A stretch of DNA of 64,000 nucleotides from Candidatus Binatia bacterium (GTDB lineage Bacteria; Desulfobacterota; Binatia; UBA9968; CAXXLF01), in the NCBI GenBank assembly GCA_963664015.2, contig CAXXLF010000001.1:832001-896000 (forward strand). Direction: 5' to 3'. Under the pieces are notes generated by a model. That model was given only the letters and a program-made list of their open reading frames with translations. It did not search any database and was not told where the DNA came from. This document shows positions 39,551 through 49,353 of this stretch, in pieces. The position numbers and the translations under genes were made by a program. How positions within the stretch are numbered: position 1 is the first letter of the stretch; every line of letters starts with the position of its first letter.

Positions 39551-42151
39551 TTAGTGGCTGACTTGTTTCGCTTCCTCAACCAGGCGATTGAGTAGAGTTA
39601 AAGCCTCCACAGGAGTCATCACGTTCACATCCACTCGTTTGAGTTCTTCTCGAAACCTTGAGTCTGCATCTGCAAAAAGCATCATCTGGGAATTTCCCTT
39701 CGCACTTGAAGCCCCTGCCAGCCTGGGCCTTCCCCCTGCGTCCAACTCAACCCCTTCGAGGGTCCTAAGTATCTCCTTCGCCCTCTCAATCAACGACAGG
39801 GGAAGTCCCGCTAGATTGGCCACGTGAATGCCGTAGCTATGGCTCGAGGCACCGGCTACCAGGTTGCGCAGGAAGATAACTTCACCTTTCCACTCCTTAA
39901 CCGCGAAGCTGAAGTTTTTTACCCTTTCCTGGGTCAAGGCTAAATCCGTCAGCTCGTGATAGTGCGTAGCGAACAATGTCCGGGGGCGATAGTCCAGCCC
40001 ATGGAGATACTCGGCCACGGACCACGCAATGGAAATACCATCAAACGTGCTGGTACCCCGACCCACCTCGTCTAAAAGAATGAGACTGCGCGGCGTTGCC
40101 TGATTCAAGATACGCGCGGTCTCTTTCATCTCCACCATAAACGTGGACTCCCCGCGGGCCAGAGCGTCGGATGCCCCAATTCGGGTGAAGAGCCGATCCA
40201 CAATCCCGATGCGTGCCTCGGAGGCTGGGACGAACCCCCCCATTTGGGCCAGCACGACGATCAGGGCCACCTGGCGCATATAGGTCGATTTGCCCACCAT
40301 GTTGGGGCCTGTGAGAATGAGGATCTGATCTGAGTCACGGTCCAAAAAGCAGTCATTGGGGACAAAGGCACCCCGGCCCCGGACCGCCTCAACCACCGGA
40401 TGACGCCCTTCGCGAATCGATAGGGTTGCACTCGAATCGATTCTGGGGCGAATAAAATGGCAAGAATGGGCGGCCTCGGCAAGGGAAAGTAACACGTCCA
40501 GAGTGGCCAGGGATTGGCTGGTTTGCCGCATCTGATCGTAAAAACCCGCCACCTGCCCCCTGACTTCGGCAAAGATGGACTGCTCCAGTTTGAGTATTTC
40601 CTCTTCCGAACCCAAGACCTTGGCCTCGTATTCTTTCAAATCGGGTGTGATGTATCTCTCACCATTGGTCAGCGTTTGCTTGCGGATATAGTCCGGAGGA
40701 ACCAGGTTGAGATTGGCATGGGTCACTTCGATGTAATAACCAAATACCCTGTTATACCCGACCTTCAAGGACGGGATGCCCGTGCGTTGACGCTCCTGCT
40801 TCTGCAGCAAGGCTATCCAGTCCTTGGCGTTGGTACGTATCCCTCTCAGTTCGTCCAGTTCGGCGTTGAATCCCGGCCGAATGGCGCCCCCCTCTTTCAA
40901 CTGGGGACGGGGTTCATCGACGATCGCCTGCTCCACCAGTTCAACAACTTCAGGCAGAGCCCAGAGTTCACGTCGCAGTAGACCAAAGATTTCAGCGTCA
41001 TAGTCCCGCAGCTTGGCACCCAGGGGAGTTAACGCTTGAAGCGTATCCTTGACCGCCACCAGATCTCTAGGGTTGGCCGTCCCTGCAACGATTCTGCTGG
41101 CAAGCCGCTCCAGATCCTGTATGCCCTTGAGACAAACCCTGATATCCTGGCGCCCCGCATAGTCCAGCACCAACTCCTCCACACCATCCTGCCGGCGGCG
41201 AATGGTGTGTTCATCCAACAACGGATAGAGGATCCACTGGCGTAGCCGCCTCGCCCCCATGGGCGTCAAAGTGTGATCCAACACTCCCAGCAGGGAGTCC
41301 TTCCTCTCCCCCTGCAGGCTGCTCAGCAGTTCCAGATTAGCCCTGCTGGTTTCGTCGATCATCATGAACTGTGAAGCCCTGTAGGGCTCCAGTCCACCGA
41401 GCGCCTTGAGGATCTCGGCCAGGTTCTGCTCAAGGAAAGAAACGATCGCACCCGCAGCCCTCATGCCCTGCTCGCAACCCTCTTCGTGTTCTCCGTTCCA
41501 GAGGCCCAGGGAACGCAAGTGTTCCTTATTGTTCGGTGAGAAGTAAGACTCCTGAACGGGACTCAAGTGTACCGACGTGAGATCCTTCTGTAACCGTTCT
41601 GCGAGGGGTCCGTCCTCTTCCGAGTAAAGGACTTCACGTGGGTTGACACGTAACACTTCATCCAACATAGACTCGTAATCCGAAAGTTGAGTAAAACGAA
41701 ACTCTCCCGTGGTTACATCCGTGAAGGCCACCCCCAGCCCCTTGGGCCCCTTGCAGAGCGCTACAAGAAAGTTGTTATCGCGCCAGTCAATGCCTTCACC
41801 TTCAGTGATCGTACCCGGCGTAATAACCCGGACCACTTCCCTGTGCACCACACCTTTTGCCGTTTTAGGGTCTTCCATCTGTTCACAAACAGCAACCTTG
41901 CAACCCGCCTCCAGCAGCTTTCCGATATAAGGCGTCGCAGCATGGTACGGGACGCCGCATAGGGGAACCGGGGATTCATCGCTTCGATTACGTGAGGTTA
42001 GGGCAATATCGAGAATTTTGGCCGCCTTTTCAGCATCTTCGAAAAACATCTCGTAAAAATCACCCAGACGAAAAAACAGGATCGCATCGCGGTGTTTCTC
42101 CTTTATCTGGAGATACTGCTGGATCATGGGGCTGACTTTCACCGGTTCCAC
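39551..42151 (-). CDS. mutS: DNA mismatch repair protein MutS
   Basis: PMIQQY, FRLGDFYEMF, GPNMVGKST, STFMVEM, DEVGRGTS, FATHYHEL; GTG 42151 after AGGAG. Confidence 0.97.
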   Translation of the reverse strand: MEPVKVSPMIQQYLQIKEKHRDAILFFRLGDFYEMFFEDAEKAAKILDIALTSRNRSDESPVPLCGVPYHAATPYIGKLLEAGCKVAVCEQMEDPKTAKGVVHREVVRVITPGTITEGEGIDWRDNNFLVALCKGPKGLGVAFTDVTTGEFRFTQLSDYESMLDEVLRVNPREVLYSEEDGPLAERLQKDLTSVHLSPVQESYFSPNNKEHLRSLGLWNGEHEEGCEQGMRAAGAIVSFLEQNLAEILKALGGLEPYRASQFMMIDETSRANLELLSSLQGERKDSLLGVLDHTLTPMGARRLRQWILYPLLDEHTIRRRQDGVEELVLDYAGRQDIRVCLKGIQDLERLASRIVAGTANPRDLVAVKDTLQALTPLGAKLRDYDAEIFGLLRRELWALPEVVELVEQAIVDEPRPQLKEGGAIRPGFNAELDELRGIRTNAKDWIALLQKQERQRTGIPSLKVGYNRVFGYYIEVTHANLNLVPPDYIRKQTLTNGERYITPDLKEYEAKVLGSEEEILKLEQSIFAEVRGQVAGFYDQMRQTSQSLATLDVLLSLAEAAHSCHFIRPRIDSSATLSIREGRHPVVEAVRGRGAFVPNDCFLDRDSDQILILTGPNMVGKSTYMRQVALIVVLAQMGGFVPASEARIGIVDRLFTRIGASDALARGESTFMVEMKETARILNQATPRSLILLDEVGRGTSTFDGISIAWSVAEYLHGLDYRPRTLFATHYHELTDLALTQERVKNFSFAVKEWKGEVIFLRNLVAGASSHSYGIHVANLAGLPLSLIERAKEILRTLEGVELDAGGRPRLAGASSAKGNSQMMLFADADSRFREELKRVDVNVMTPVEALTLLNRLVEEAKQVSH

Positions 42152-42155
42152 TTGG

Positions 42156-42644
42156 CTAACTCCTGCGTTTCTGGGGAACGACACGTTTCGGTTCCAAGGC
42201 GGGCAATTTAGGTAGGGAGTCCTTTGGGACCACGAGCTGTCGTATTTCACCGCTCAGGTCCCGCACCAGACTCCCGATAGCAACTGAAAATACAAACTGC
42301 CAGTCAAGAGCCTCCAGTATCTCCCTCCGATCATCGGTCAGGACAAAGAGCTGTTTTCCATCGGTTAGATACTTAAGGGATGCCGCCGCAGGGGTCTTGA
42401 GCCTGGAATCCTCGCCCAGGTGACGTAGGCAAAGGCGAATCCCCCGCAAGCTTAGACCATGATCGGAAAGGTTTTTTACGATCTTGAGTTTGACCAGATC
42501 GGAGAAGGAATAGAGGCGTTTGGAACCTCTCCCGGCGGCTTGACGAACCGTAGGACGGATGAACCCCTTCTCATCCCAGTACTGGATCTGGCGCAAAGAA
42601 ACGTCCGCAAGGCGCGACACCGTCTTGCTGTTAAAGTATTCCAT
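42156..42644 (-). CDS. MerR-family HTH transcriptional regulator
   Basis: VSRLADVSLRQIQYWDEKGFIRP..GRGSKRLYSFSDL..L...GLSL..I. Confidence 0.88.
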   Translation of the reverse strand: MEYFNSKTVSRLADVSLRQIQYWDEKGFIRPTVRQAAGRGSKRLYSFSDLVKLKIVKNLSDHGLSLRGIRLCLRHLGEDSRLKTPAAASLKYLTDGKQLFVLTDDRREILEALDWQFVFSVAIGSLVRDLSGEIRQLVVPKDSLPKLPALEPKRVVPQKRRS

Positions 42645-42664
42645 CGAATATTGGAATGAAAACA

Positions 42665-42707
42665 ATCGTGTTTTCACGATGATAATGAGCCCATAAAGCG
42701 TTGTCAA
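42665..42707 (-). promoter_or_regulatory. sigma70 promoter with overlapping palindromic operator
   Basis: minus strand TTGACA-17 nt-TATCAT; ATCGTG-N4-CACGAT at 42665-42680 overlapping the -10/start region. Confidence 0.7.
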
Positions 42708-42833
42708 GCAAATGGGCCATCTAACAGTTGACAGTTTGGCTAATTGCTTGGTAGCCTCCAGCACGATTCCTGCCCGATTTTGAGCGGGATCGGACTCAAT
42801 GCTATAGGATCCGTACTTTCAGGAGGGAATGAC

Positions 42834-43867
42834 ATGGCCGACAGCGCACCCCGCGGGGCAGTTCACTGGATCGATCACATTGCGGTGGGAACCAACGACA
42901 TGTCCGCGTGGGTGGAATGGGCGGTCAAAGCCACGGGCGTTCCTCCCCAGACCATTGCCATGGTGACAACGGCGGGACGCAACAACAAGCGACCGATCTA
43001 TTGTTTTCTCCCTTACGGTAATGGTTCGTGCCGCATCGGCGCCTTTCTCCAGTGGGAAGCCTTCCCGCCAAGGGAAGCGTTGGGTAAAGATCTTCCCCGA
43101 TTCGGGTTTTTTATCCGTTCGGAGGATGTCACTACACATCTGGCTCGCCTGGACCAACACGGCATACCTCATTCGGATCCTATGAATATTTCCAACCAAG
43201 GGGCGCAAGGGACTTCCATCTACATTGAAGATCCGGACGGGAACCAGTACGAATTTTGGGCGCCCGTCGACATGCCCGATGGGGCTATGGCTTGCGCGAC
43301 ACCGCTTAACGTAGGGAGGATTAGTCATGCGGTCTACGGGTCACGGGACCTCGAACGAACCGCGGCCTTGTTCAAAAAGTACTGTGGCCTAAAGCAGTTG
43401 GACAGTCCCGATATCCCTGACGACACCTTGGTCCTACCACTACTAGGCGGCGCCCGAATCATTTATCAATTAGTCGACAAGGTCGATCAGCGCATCGCTG
43501 GGCACAGGCCGTGGTGGGACATGCATACCGCACTGACCGTTCGCCATGACGAGTTCTTTCCCAACTACCGGCGTTTGTGGGAAGGGATCCCCGAAGAAGC
43601 CGATACGAAAGAAAACCTGGTCCTACCCCGGGAAGAGGAAGACGCGCTCCCCGCGCGAACCGCACTGCACCCGAGCCCCGTGGGGGTCAAGTGAAGAAGG
43701 CCTGCAAACGCGGGGACGATTTCTACGATTGGGACGGACACCTCTTTCACTTTTATGCCGGCATCCCCATCAGGGGAGATGATTCCCTCGCCGTCTATCA
43801 GGGGAAGGAACAAGAAGAGAACCTGAAGGAACTCATTGAGGCATTGGAGAACAATACCCTTTTTTAA
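42834..43867 (+). pseudogene. two-domain VOC/glyoxalase-family protein with a 1-nt frameshift near the 3' end
   Basis: IDHIAV, YIEDPDGNQYEF, ISHAV..DL, HTAL, FYDWDGHLFHF; AAG TGA AGA AG reads K-W-K-K if one G is restored at ~43693. Confidence 0.7.
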
Positions 43868-44165
43868 CTCAACACCTGAATTCAACCAACCTACGGTGTC
43901 TTTTCACCGCTTGCCCCATCCAACCGTCCTCCAGCGGACCAGGTGATTCTCATACCCTTAGGATCCAGTACCTATTTCTAACCCCGTTTTTTGGCTTGTA
44001 GCCCCAAACCAAAATTGGTACAGCCCCCCCGGCGGGATAGTACCTAGGGGACCCTGCGGACTCATGTCCTATAGACTACCCAGGAGACTGGCCAATGGTC
44101 AGCCGACCCTGTCTGAATATCAAATCAACCCTTTTGAGGCGGAATCCAATTCCGAGGAGGTTTTC

Positions 44166-45298
44166 ATAAAGAATATAAGTTTAGGATTCAAGCTATTAAA
44201 TCGGATTTACGCGTGCTTTGGGTTATTACTTCTATTTGAGTGGTTCAGGTCAGTGCTCAACCAAGCCCGCCGGTCGAATGGAATGAAGTCGTAAGGAACG
44301 CAGAAAAAGAAAGAAAGTTAGCCATCTACATGTCAAGAGGCGATGAGATGCGTAAGGTCATTAGGGCTTTCCACAAAGACTACCCAAAGATTCGTGTCGA
44401 CCTTGTACTCGGTGGATTTTACTATGCAGCTCGTATCATGTCGGAGAGGCGGGCCAACAGGTACCTTGCCGACTTGGTCATTACAGGCCCCGGGACTCCC
44501 TATTATGTGCTTTACAAGGGAAACCTCACTGCCCCCATCAAACCCAGGCTCATCTTGCCCGAGGTCACTGACAAATCAAAGTGGTGGGATGGAAAACATC
44601 ACTAAATTGACCCGGAGGGAGAACATGTCTTTGTCTTCATGGGACCTGTCTCTGCTGGGTATGTTTACTACAATACCAAGCTCGTGAATGAGTCTGAATT
44701 CAAATCCTTCTACGATCTTCTCAACCCTCGGTGGAGAGGCAAACTTCTCATGGAAGACCCGAGGGGACCGGAAGCAGCGCGTTTAGGGCTACGTGTCTTT
44801 TATAACCTGCCCGAGTTAGGAACGAAATATTTAAGGAGACTTTTTGGGGAGATACACGTCACCCTTACGAGGGACAGGCGGCAGTCGGTGGATTGGCTCT
44901 CAGTGGGAAAATATCCTCTATGTATGTTCTGTTCAGACGGAAGATACGCCCAGGCCCAGGGGCTTCCCGTGAATGAATTTAGAACCGTCGAGTAGCTAAA
45001 AAAGCCTGCCGTCGCACCGGGGGGCACGAACACCATGGCCTTGCTCAATCGGGCTCCCCACCCCAACGCAACAACCGTATTTATGAACTGGCTGCTCTCA
45101 CGGAAAGGTCAGATAACGCTCCAAAAAGCCCTGAATGCCACGAGTAGAGTCTATGAATCCATGAGGGAAGACATTCCCAAAGATTTCATTCCGCTGGAGC
45201 GTAGGAGACAGAAGGGTGTGAGTTATGTGATGATGGCAACGCCTGAAAGATCCGACAATGCCCCCGTAAGCAGGCTGCTCAAGAAGATATTGAAGTAG
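44166..45298 (+). pseudogene. Fe3+/polyamine-type ABC substrate-binding protein, inactivated
   Basis: GGAGG then ATA instead of ATG; frameshift in the signal peptide; in-frame TAA 44603 and TAG 44993; RIMSERRA, YNTKLV, DLLNPRWRGK, APHPNA..FMNWLLS.KGQ. Confidence 0.85.
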
Positions 45299-45350
45299 TT
45301 ACCGACACCTTGCTCTAGCTCTCGGGTCTCATCAGGCTTGCGGGGTAATC

Positions 45351-46943
45351 TTAGACCCTCTTTCGCATGCGTGAGAAGTAATCGACCAGGAGGTATTTGC
45401 CCAAACGATCGGGTTTGGTGAAAAATGCCCGCCCCTTGTTCAACCGAGTCATCCCCTCAACAAACTCTTTAAGGACAGGGCTGTCATCCAGCATAAAGGT
45501 GTTGATAGTAATGCCCTTGCGCGTAATTCGCTCTGCTTCCTTGAGGGTCTCCTGAGCCGCCCTTTGACTGATACCGCCAAAACTCAACGGCCACTCGCAG
45601 TAGAGACGCCCCTGGCGACAGTATGCAGTAGGCTGACCATCGGTGATGATAATGACCTGTTGATTGCTGCTCGGTTTTTTATCCAAGAGCTCGGCTGCCA
45701 GATGCAATCCGTCTTGGAGGTTGGTAAACGGATCTTCCATATTCCAGCTTGCCTCCGGCAGGTCCTTAGGCTTGAGCTCAATGGCCCGGGTAAAAAATCC
45801 TACGATGCCGAAATAATCGCGGGGATAGAGGGACCGACTTAAGCTTTCCATGGCCAGGGCGACCTTCTTTGCCGCAATAAAGCGCCCTTCCCAACTCATG
45901 GACCAGCTCATATCCAGGAGAAGCACCGTAGCCGCCCGCGTAGTATCATCGTACTGATAAACCTCAAAATCCTTTGGGTGAAATTTTAGCGGCACACCTC
46001 CCTGTCGCCTTAGAGCGTTTCTCAAGGTCTGGCCCAAATGAAGGTCGAAGGCATCCCCGTCGCCGTAGGGCTTGCTTTCTTCGGTCCTCCGTCCTTGAGA
46101 GCCACGCCGGCGCATGATGTGACGGCCCATCCCGTCACGGGTTAACTGATAGTAGATATCTCTGAGAGCAAGTTGTCCGATCTTACGCACGGCCCGTGGA
46201 GTCAGTTCAAAATGATCCCCCCGCTCCATCACATAACCGCCGTCTTCCAGTAGGGATTGCAGGCGTACCATTTCGTTGAGCTGTTGCTGGGCCTGATCGC
46301 CCAGCAACTCGCCCAATCGGTCCAATTCCACATCCTTGAGACGGCTATTAGAAAGTTGACCTTCCAGGGATTGCAACCCCTCCAGACGCTCCATAAGTTT
46401 TACGGCTTCGTCCAGGTCGACAGGAGTTTGGCCTTTAAAGAGGTTCCCCTGGCGCCAGGTATAATTTTCCAGGCGCCGAATTTCGTTGAGTTGATTGAGC
46501 AGGTCCTCGAAGTCGGAACGGGCCTCGGCATCTTCGAATTCGTAGGAAGAGAGAGCCTCTATGGCCTCGCTAGGCCGACGCGGCAATTGGCCTAGAAACC
46601 TCTTCTTTTCATCCAGATCAGGATTTCCCTCTCCTCCCTCCGCCAAGGTCTGCCGTTCCCGGGACACCACAGACTCGAGTTTTTCCTCGATCTGATCCAG
46701 AGCCGAGCGGATCTGATAGCGCTCGTATAGCTGCTTGATTTCTCGGGCCACCTGCGCCAACAGATCGTCAAGACCGGGTACCCGTTCTTCACCCTCCCCG
46801 ACTCCCCGTTGGGCCATCCGGCGCATTGCCTGCTGGAGATCCCCCGTCTGATTAAGATGGTCGTTCAGGTTTTCAAATACCTGGTCGGCCTGCAGGGAAG
46901 GAGCCTGCATACCGCTCCATCGGCTGTAAACAATACGACGCAT
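45351..46943 (-). CDS. VWA-domain protein
   Basis: YSRW N-terminus, MIDAS LLLDMSWSM, TNLQDGL, IITDGQPT. Confidence 0.9.
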   Translation of the reverse strand: MRRIVYSRWSGMQAPSLQADQVFENLNDHLNQTGDLQQAMRRMAQRGVGEGEERVPGLDDLLAQVAREIKQLYERYQIRSALDQIEEKLESVVSRERQTLAEGGEGNPDLDEKKRFLGQLPRRPSEAIEALSSYEFEDAEARSDFEDLLNQLNEIRRLENYTWRQGNLFKGQTPVDLDEAVKLMERLEGLQSLEGQLSNSRLKDVELDRLGELLGDQAQQQLNEMVRLQSLLEDGGYVMERGDHFELTPRAVRKIGQLALRDIYYQLTRDGMGRHIMRRRGSQGRRTEESKPYGDGDAFDLHLGQTLRNALRRQGGVPLKFHPKDFEVYQYDDTTRAATVLLLDMSWSMSWEGRFIAAKKVALAMESLSRSLYPRDYFGIVGFFTRAIELKPKDLPEASWNMEDPFTNLQDGLHLAAELLDKKPSSNQQVIIITDGQPTAYCRQGRLYCEWPLSFGGISQRAAQETLKEAERITRKGITINTFMLDDSPVLKEFVEGMTRLNKGRAFFTKPDRLGKYLLVDYFSRMRKRV

Positions 46944-47026
46944 AACGGTTTGAGGCTGAGAAACTATAGAGACCGAAGGGTACATTCCCGCCCCAAACTC
47001 CTTATCTTAGCTCTGTCTATTATCTC

Positions 47027-48424
47027 CTACTTCCCGTAGGTAATTCTACCGCCCTTGACGTCCTTGTTCAATTTTTGGTGTAGATGAAGTCCCTCGAGCA
47101 CAAACTCCGTAGCGGAGGCTAAAAGTGCCGGAGATTCCATATCTCCAAGGGAACGAATGGACTCGTCCAAGCCCGGAATTTCTTTGACCCCTTCCAGATA
47201 GTCGGCAGAGAGCATCCCATCGGAGACCTCCACTCCCCATCCCGAGCTGAAGTATTCAATGGTTTTTTGGAATGAGTTGATATTGAAATGTTCGTCGAAG
47301 GCCTTCAGGATGGCCCGATTCAATAGTTTCTCGACCAGCTCATCTTCCTTGCGATCCTCTCCAACGTACTCCACTTCGACCTTACCGCTTGTAGAGGGAA
47401 ACAGGGCATGTAGATCGCTCACCCGCGGAGCGACTTCCTTCTCTTTAAGCCGCAATGTTCTCTTTTCAGCGTTGCTGAGCATGCTCTCATAGTTGTTGAT
47501 GGTCATTCGCACACTTACTCCCGATGCCTGATTGATCTCACTGGAGTTACGCGCTTCAAAGGTTAAATGAGCCAAGATCTCCTTCATAAAATCCGGCACC
47601 CGGACCTTATGGTTGCGGCTGGCAAGGACCGTCGCCTCTTGTTCCATAATCACGATTTCATCTTTCACAGTTTGTGGATAGTGGGTTCGAATCTGGACAT
47701 CAAACCGGTCCTTGAGGGGAGTAATGATTCGCCCCCGACTGGTATAATCTTCGGGGTTGGCACTAGCGACAATTATGACATCCAAAGGAAGCCGGATCTT
47801 GTATCCCTTGATCTGAACGTCCCTCTCCTCCATCAAGTTAAAAAGTCCGACCTGGACCCGCTCAGTCAGATCGGGAAGTTCGTTGATGGCGAAAATACCA
47901 CGGTTGGTTCTCGGAATCAGACCGTAGTGGATGGTTTCCTCATCGGCGAGGTAACGACCTTCAGCGACCTTAATGGGATCAATCTCTCCGATCAGGTCGG
48001 CAATGGACACGTCCGGTGTTGCCAGTTTCTCTCCGTACCGCTGGTCCCGGTCGATCCATTCAAGGGGCGTAGCGTCACCGTCCTTTTCCAAGCGACGCCG
48101 GCAGCTTTTGCAAATCGGGGCCAAGGGATTATCGTTGATCTCACAGCCTGCAATGATCGGTACACGCTCATCCAGGAGCGAGACTAGGGTGCGAATAATC
48201 CGCGATTTGGCCTGCCCCCGTTCCCCTAGGAAAACCATATGATGGCCGGAGAGGATGGCGTTCTCGACCTCGGGAATCACGGTGTCATCATAGCCGATAA
48301 TTCCCGGTAAAATCCGCTCACCTGTCTCCAGATGTTGGATGAGGTTCTTTCGCAATTCCTCGTGAACCGAGAGGATGGGAATATTGTTTTTTCTCAATTC
48401 CCCGATCGTTTTTGGAACATCCAC
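47027..48424 (-). CDS. AAA+ ATPase, Mg-chelatase ChlI-like
   Basis: GERGQAKS, EKLATPD, INELPDL, ASANPEDYT.RGRIITPLKDR. Confidence 0.9.
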   Translation of the reverse strand: MDVPKTIGELRKNNIPILSVHEELRKNLIQHLETGERILPGIIGYDDTVIPEVENAILSGHHMVFLGERGQAKSRIIRTLVSLLDERVPIIAGCEINDNPLAPICKSCRRRLEKDGDATPLEWIDRDQRYGEKLATPDVSIADLIGEIDPIKVAEGRYLADEETIHYGLIPRTNRGIFAINELPDLTERVQVGLFNLMEERDVQIKGYKIRLPLDVIIVASANPEDYTSRGRIITPLKDRFDVQIRTHYPQTVKDEIVIMEQEATVLASRNHKVRVPDFMKEILAHLTFEARNSSEINQASGVSVRMTINNYESMLSNAEKRTLRLKEKEVAPRVSDLHALFPSTSGKVEVEYVGEDRKEDELVEKLLNRAILKAFDEHFNINSFQKTIEYFSSGWGVEVSDGMLSADYLEGVKEIPGLDESIRSLGDMESPALLASATEFVLEGLHLHQKLNKDVKGGRITYGK

Positions 48425-48483
48425 GTTTTATGCCTCCCTGCTATGCGCTCTGTCTGTTACCGATAGCTTGAAACCGTGTCTCC

Positions 48484-48993
48484 TCAATTGTCGCGATGTC
48501 CGTCCTCAACCAAAAAATCTTTAAAAAACGGACTCAGGTGGTCATAACTATCCATCAGATGCTGAGGAATCACACGAACCTCACCGATCACCGGCATGAA
48601 ATTTGTATCGCCTTCCCAACGAGGGACCAGATGCCAGTGGAGATGATCCTCGACTCCTGCCCCCGCACATTTTCCCAGGTTCATTCCAAGGTTGATCCCC
48701 TGGGGATTGAGTGCCTTGGATAAATTGTCTACGGCTACCCTAAAGGCCCAAGAAAAGTCCGAATACTCTTCCGACGGAAGGGCGGAAAACTGATTGGTGT
48801 GGCGTTTGGGGGCCAGAAGTAGGTGGCCACTATTATACGGGTACTTGTTTAACATAACGACCGAGTATGGGGTCTGAGCGAGGACCAGATCCGCGCGGGG
48901 ATCCCCACCAGCGGCCTTATCACAGAAGATGCATCCCTCTGCCTTTTCCCCGTGAATATAGTCCATCCTCCACGGGGCCCAGATTTGTTTCAT
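48484..48993 (-). CDS. HIT-family hydrolase
   Basis: WAPWR, CIFC, NKYPYNSGH, HLHWHLVPRW. Confidence 0.94.
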   Translation of the reverse strand: MKQIWAPWRMDYIHGEKAEGCIFCDKAAGGDPRADLVLAQTPYSVVMLNKYPYNSGHLLLAPKRHTNQFSALPSEEYSDFSWAFRVAVDNLSKALNPQGINLGMNLGKCAGAGVEDHLHWHLVPRWEGDTNFMPVIGEVRVIPQHLMDSYDHLSPFFKDFLVEDGHRDN

Positions 48994-49304
48994 GGAAAAG
49001 GAACCTCAGTTTCGGGGCTCGGCACTTCGTTGTTCACTCTCATTCTGAGCTCCTTGCCTACTTTGAAGAAAGGAACCTTTTTTGCCGCAACGGAAACCAT
49101 GGCCCCGGTGTTTGGATTTCGTCCCTCGCGAGCCCGACGGTGTTTAACCACAAAGCTTCCAAGCCCACGGATTTCGATTCTCTCTTCTTGCATCATGGCA
49201 TTCACCATAGCGTCGAAAATAGCATTGATAATCACCTCAGAGTCGAGTCGCGAAAGATGAGGGAATTTCTTATTGACCTCGTCGATTAGTTCTCTCTTTG
49301 TCAT
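48990..49304 (-). CDS. ihfB: integration host factor beta subunit
   Basis: MTKRELI, RIEIRGLGSF, GRNP.TG, VPFFKVGKELR. Confidence 0.88.
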   Translation of the reverse strand: MTKRELIDEVNKKFPHLSRLDSEVIINAIFDAMVNAMMQEERIEIRGLGSFVVKHRRAREGRNPNTGAMVSVAAKKVPFFKVGKELRMRVNNEVPSPETEVPFP

Positions 49305-49353
49305 GGCACCTCCCCGCGAATTGGTCTTATTATAGAATCACTCATCACAGAGG

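Noticed and set aside
43692-43694. TGA in the VOC gene as selenocysteine
   Set aside because: The plausible continuation is in a different frame, so this is a frameshift, not readthrough.
4196-45298. Stop-codon reassignment as the explanation for the many in-frame TAA/TAG/TGA codons
   Set aside because: The stops fall at positions expected to be different residues (W, Q, Y, L), co-occur with frameshifts, and core genes terminate normally with all three codons.
47027-48424. Magnesium chelatase implying (bacterio)chlorophyll synthesis
   Set aside because: Belongs to the generic AAA+/VWA pair; no bch/chl genes are present in the window.
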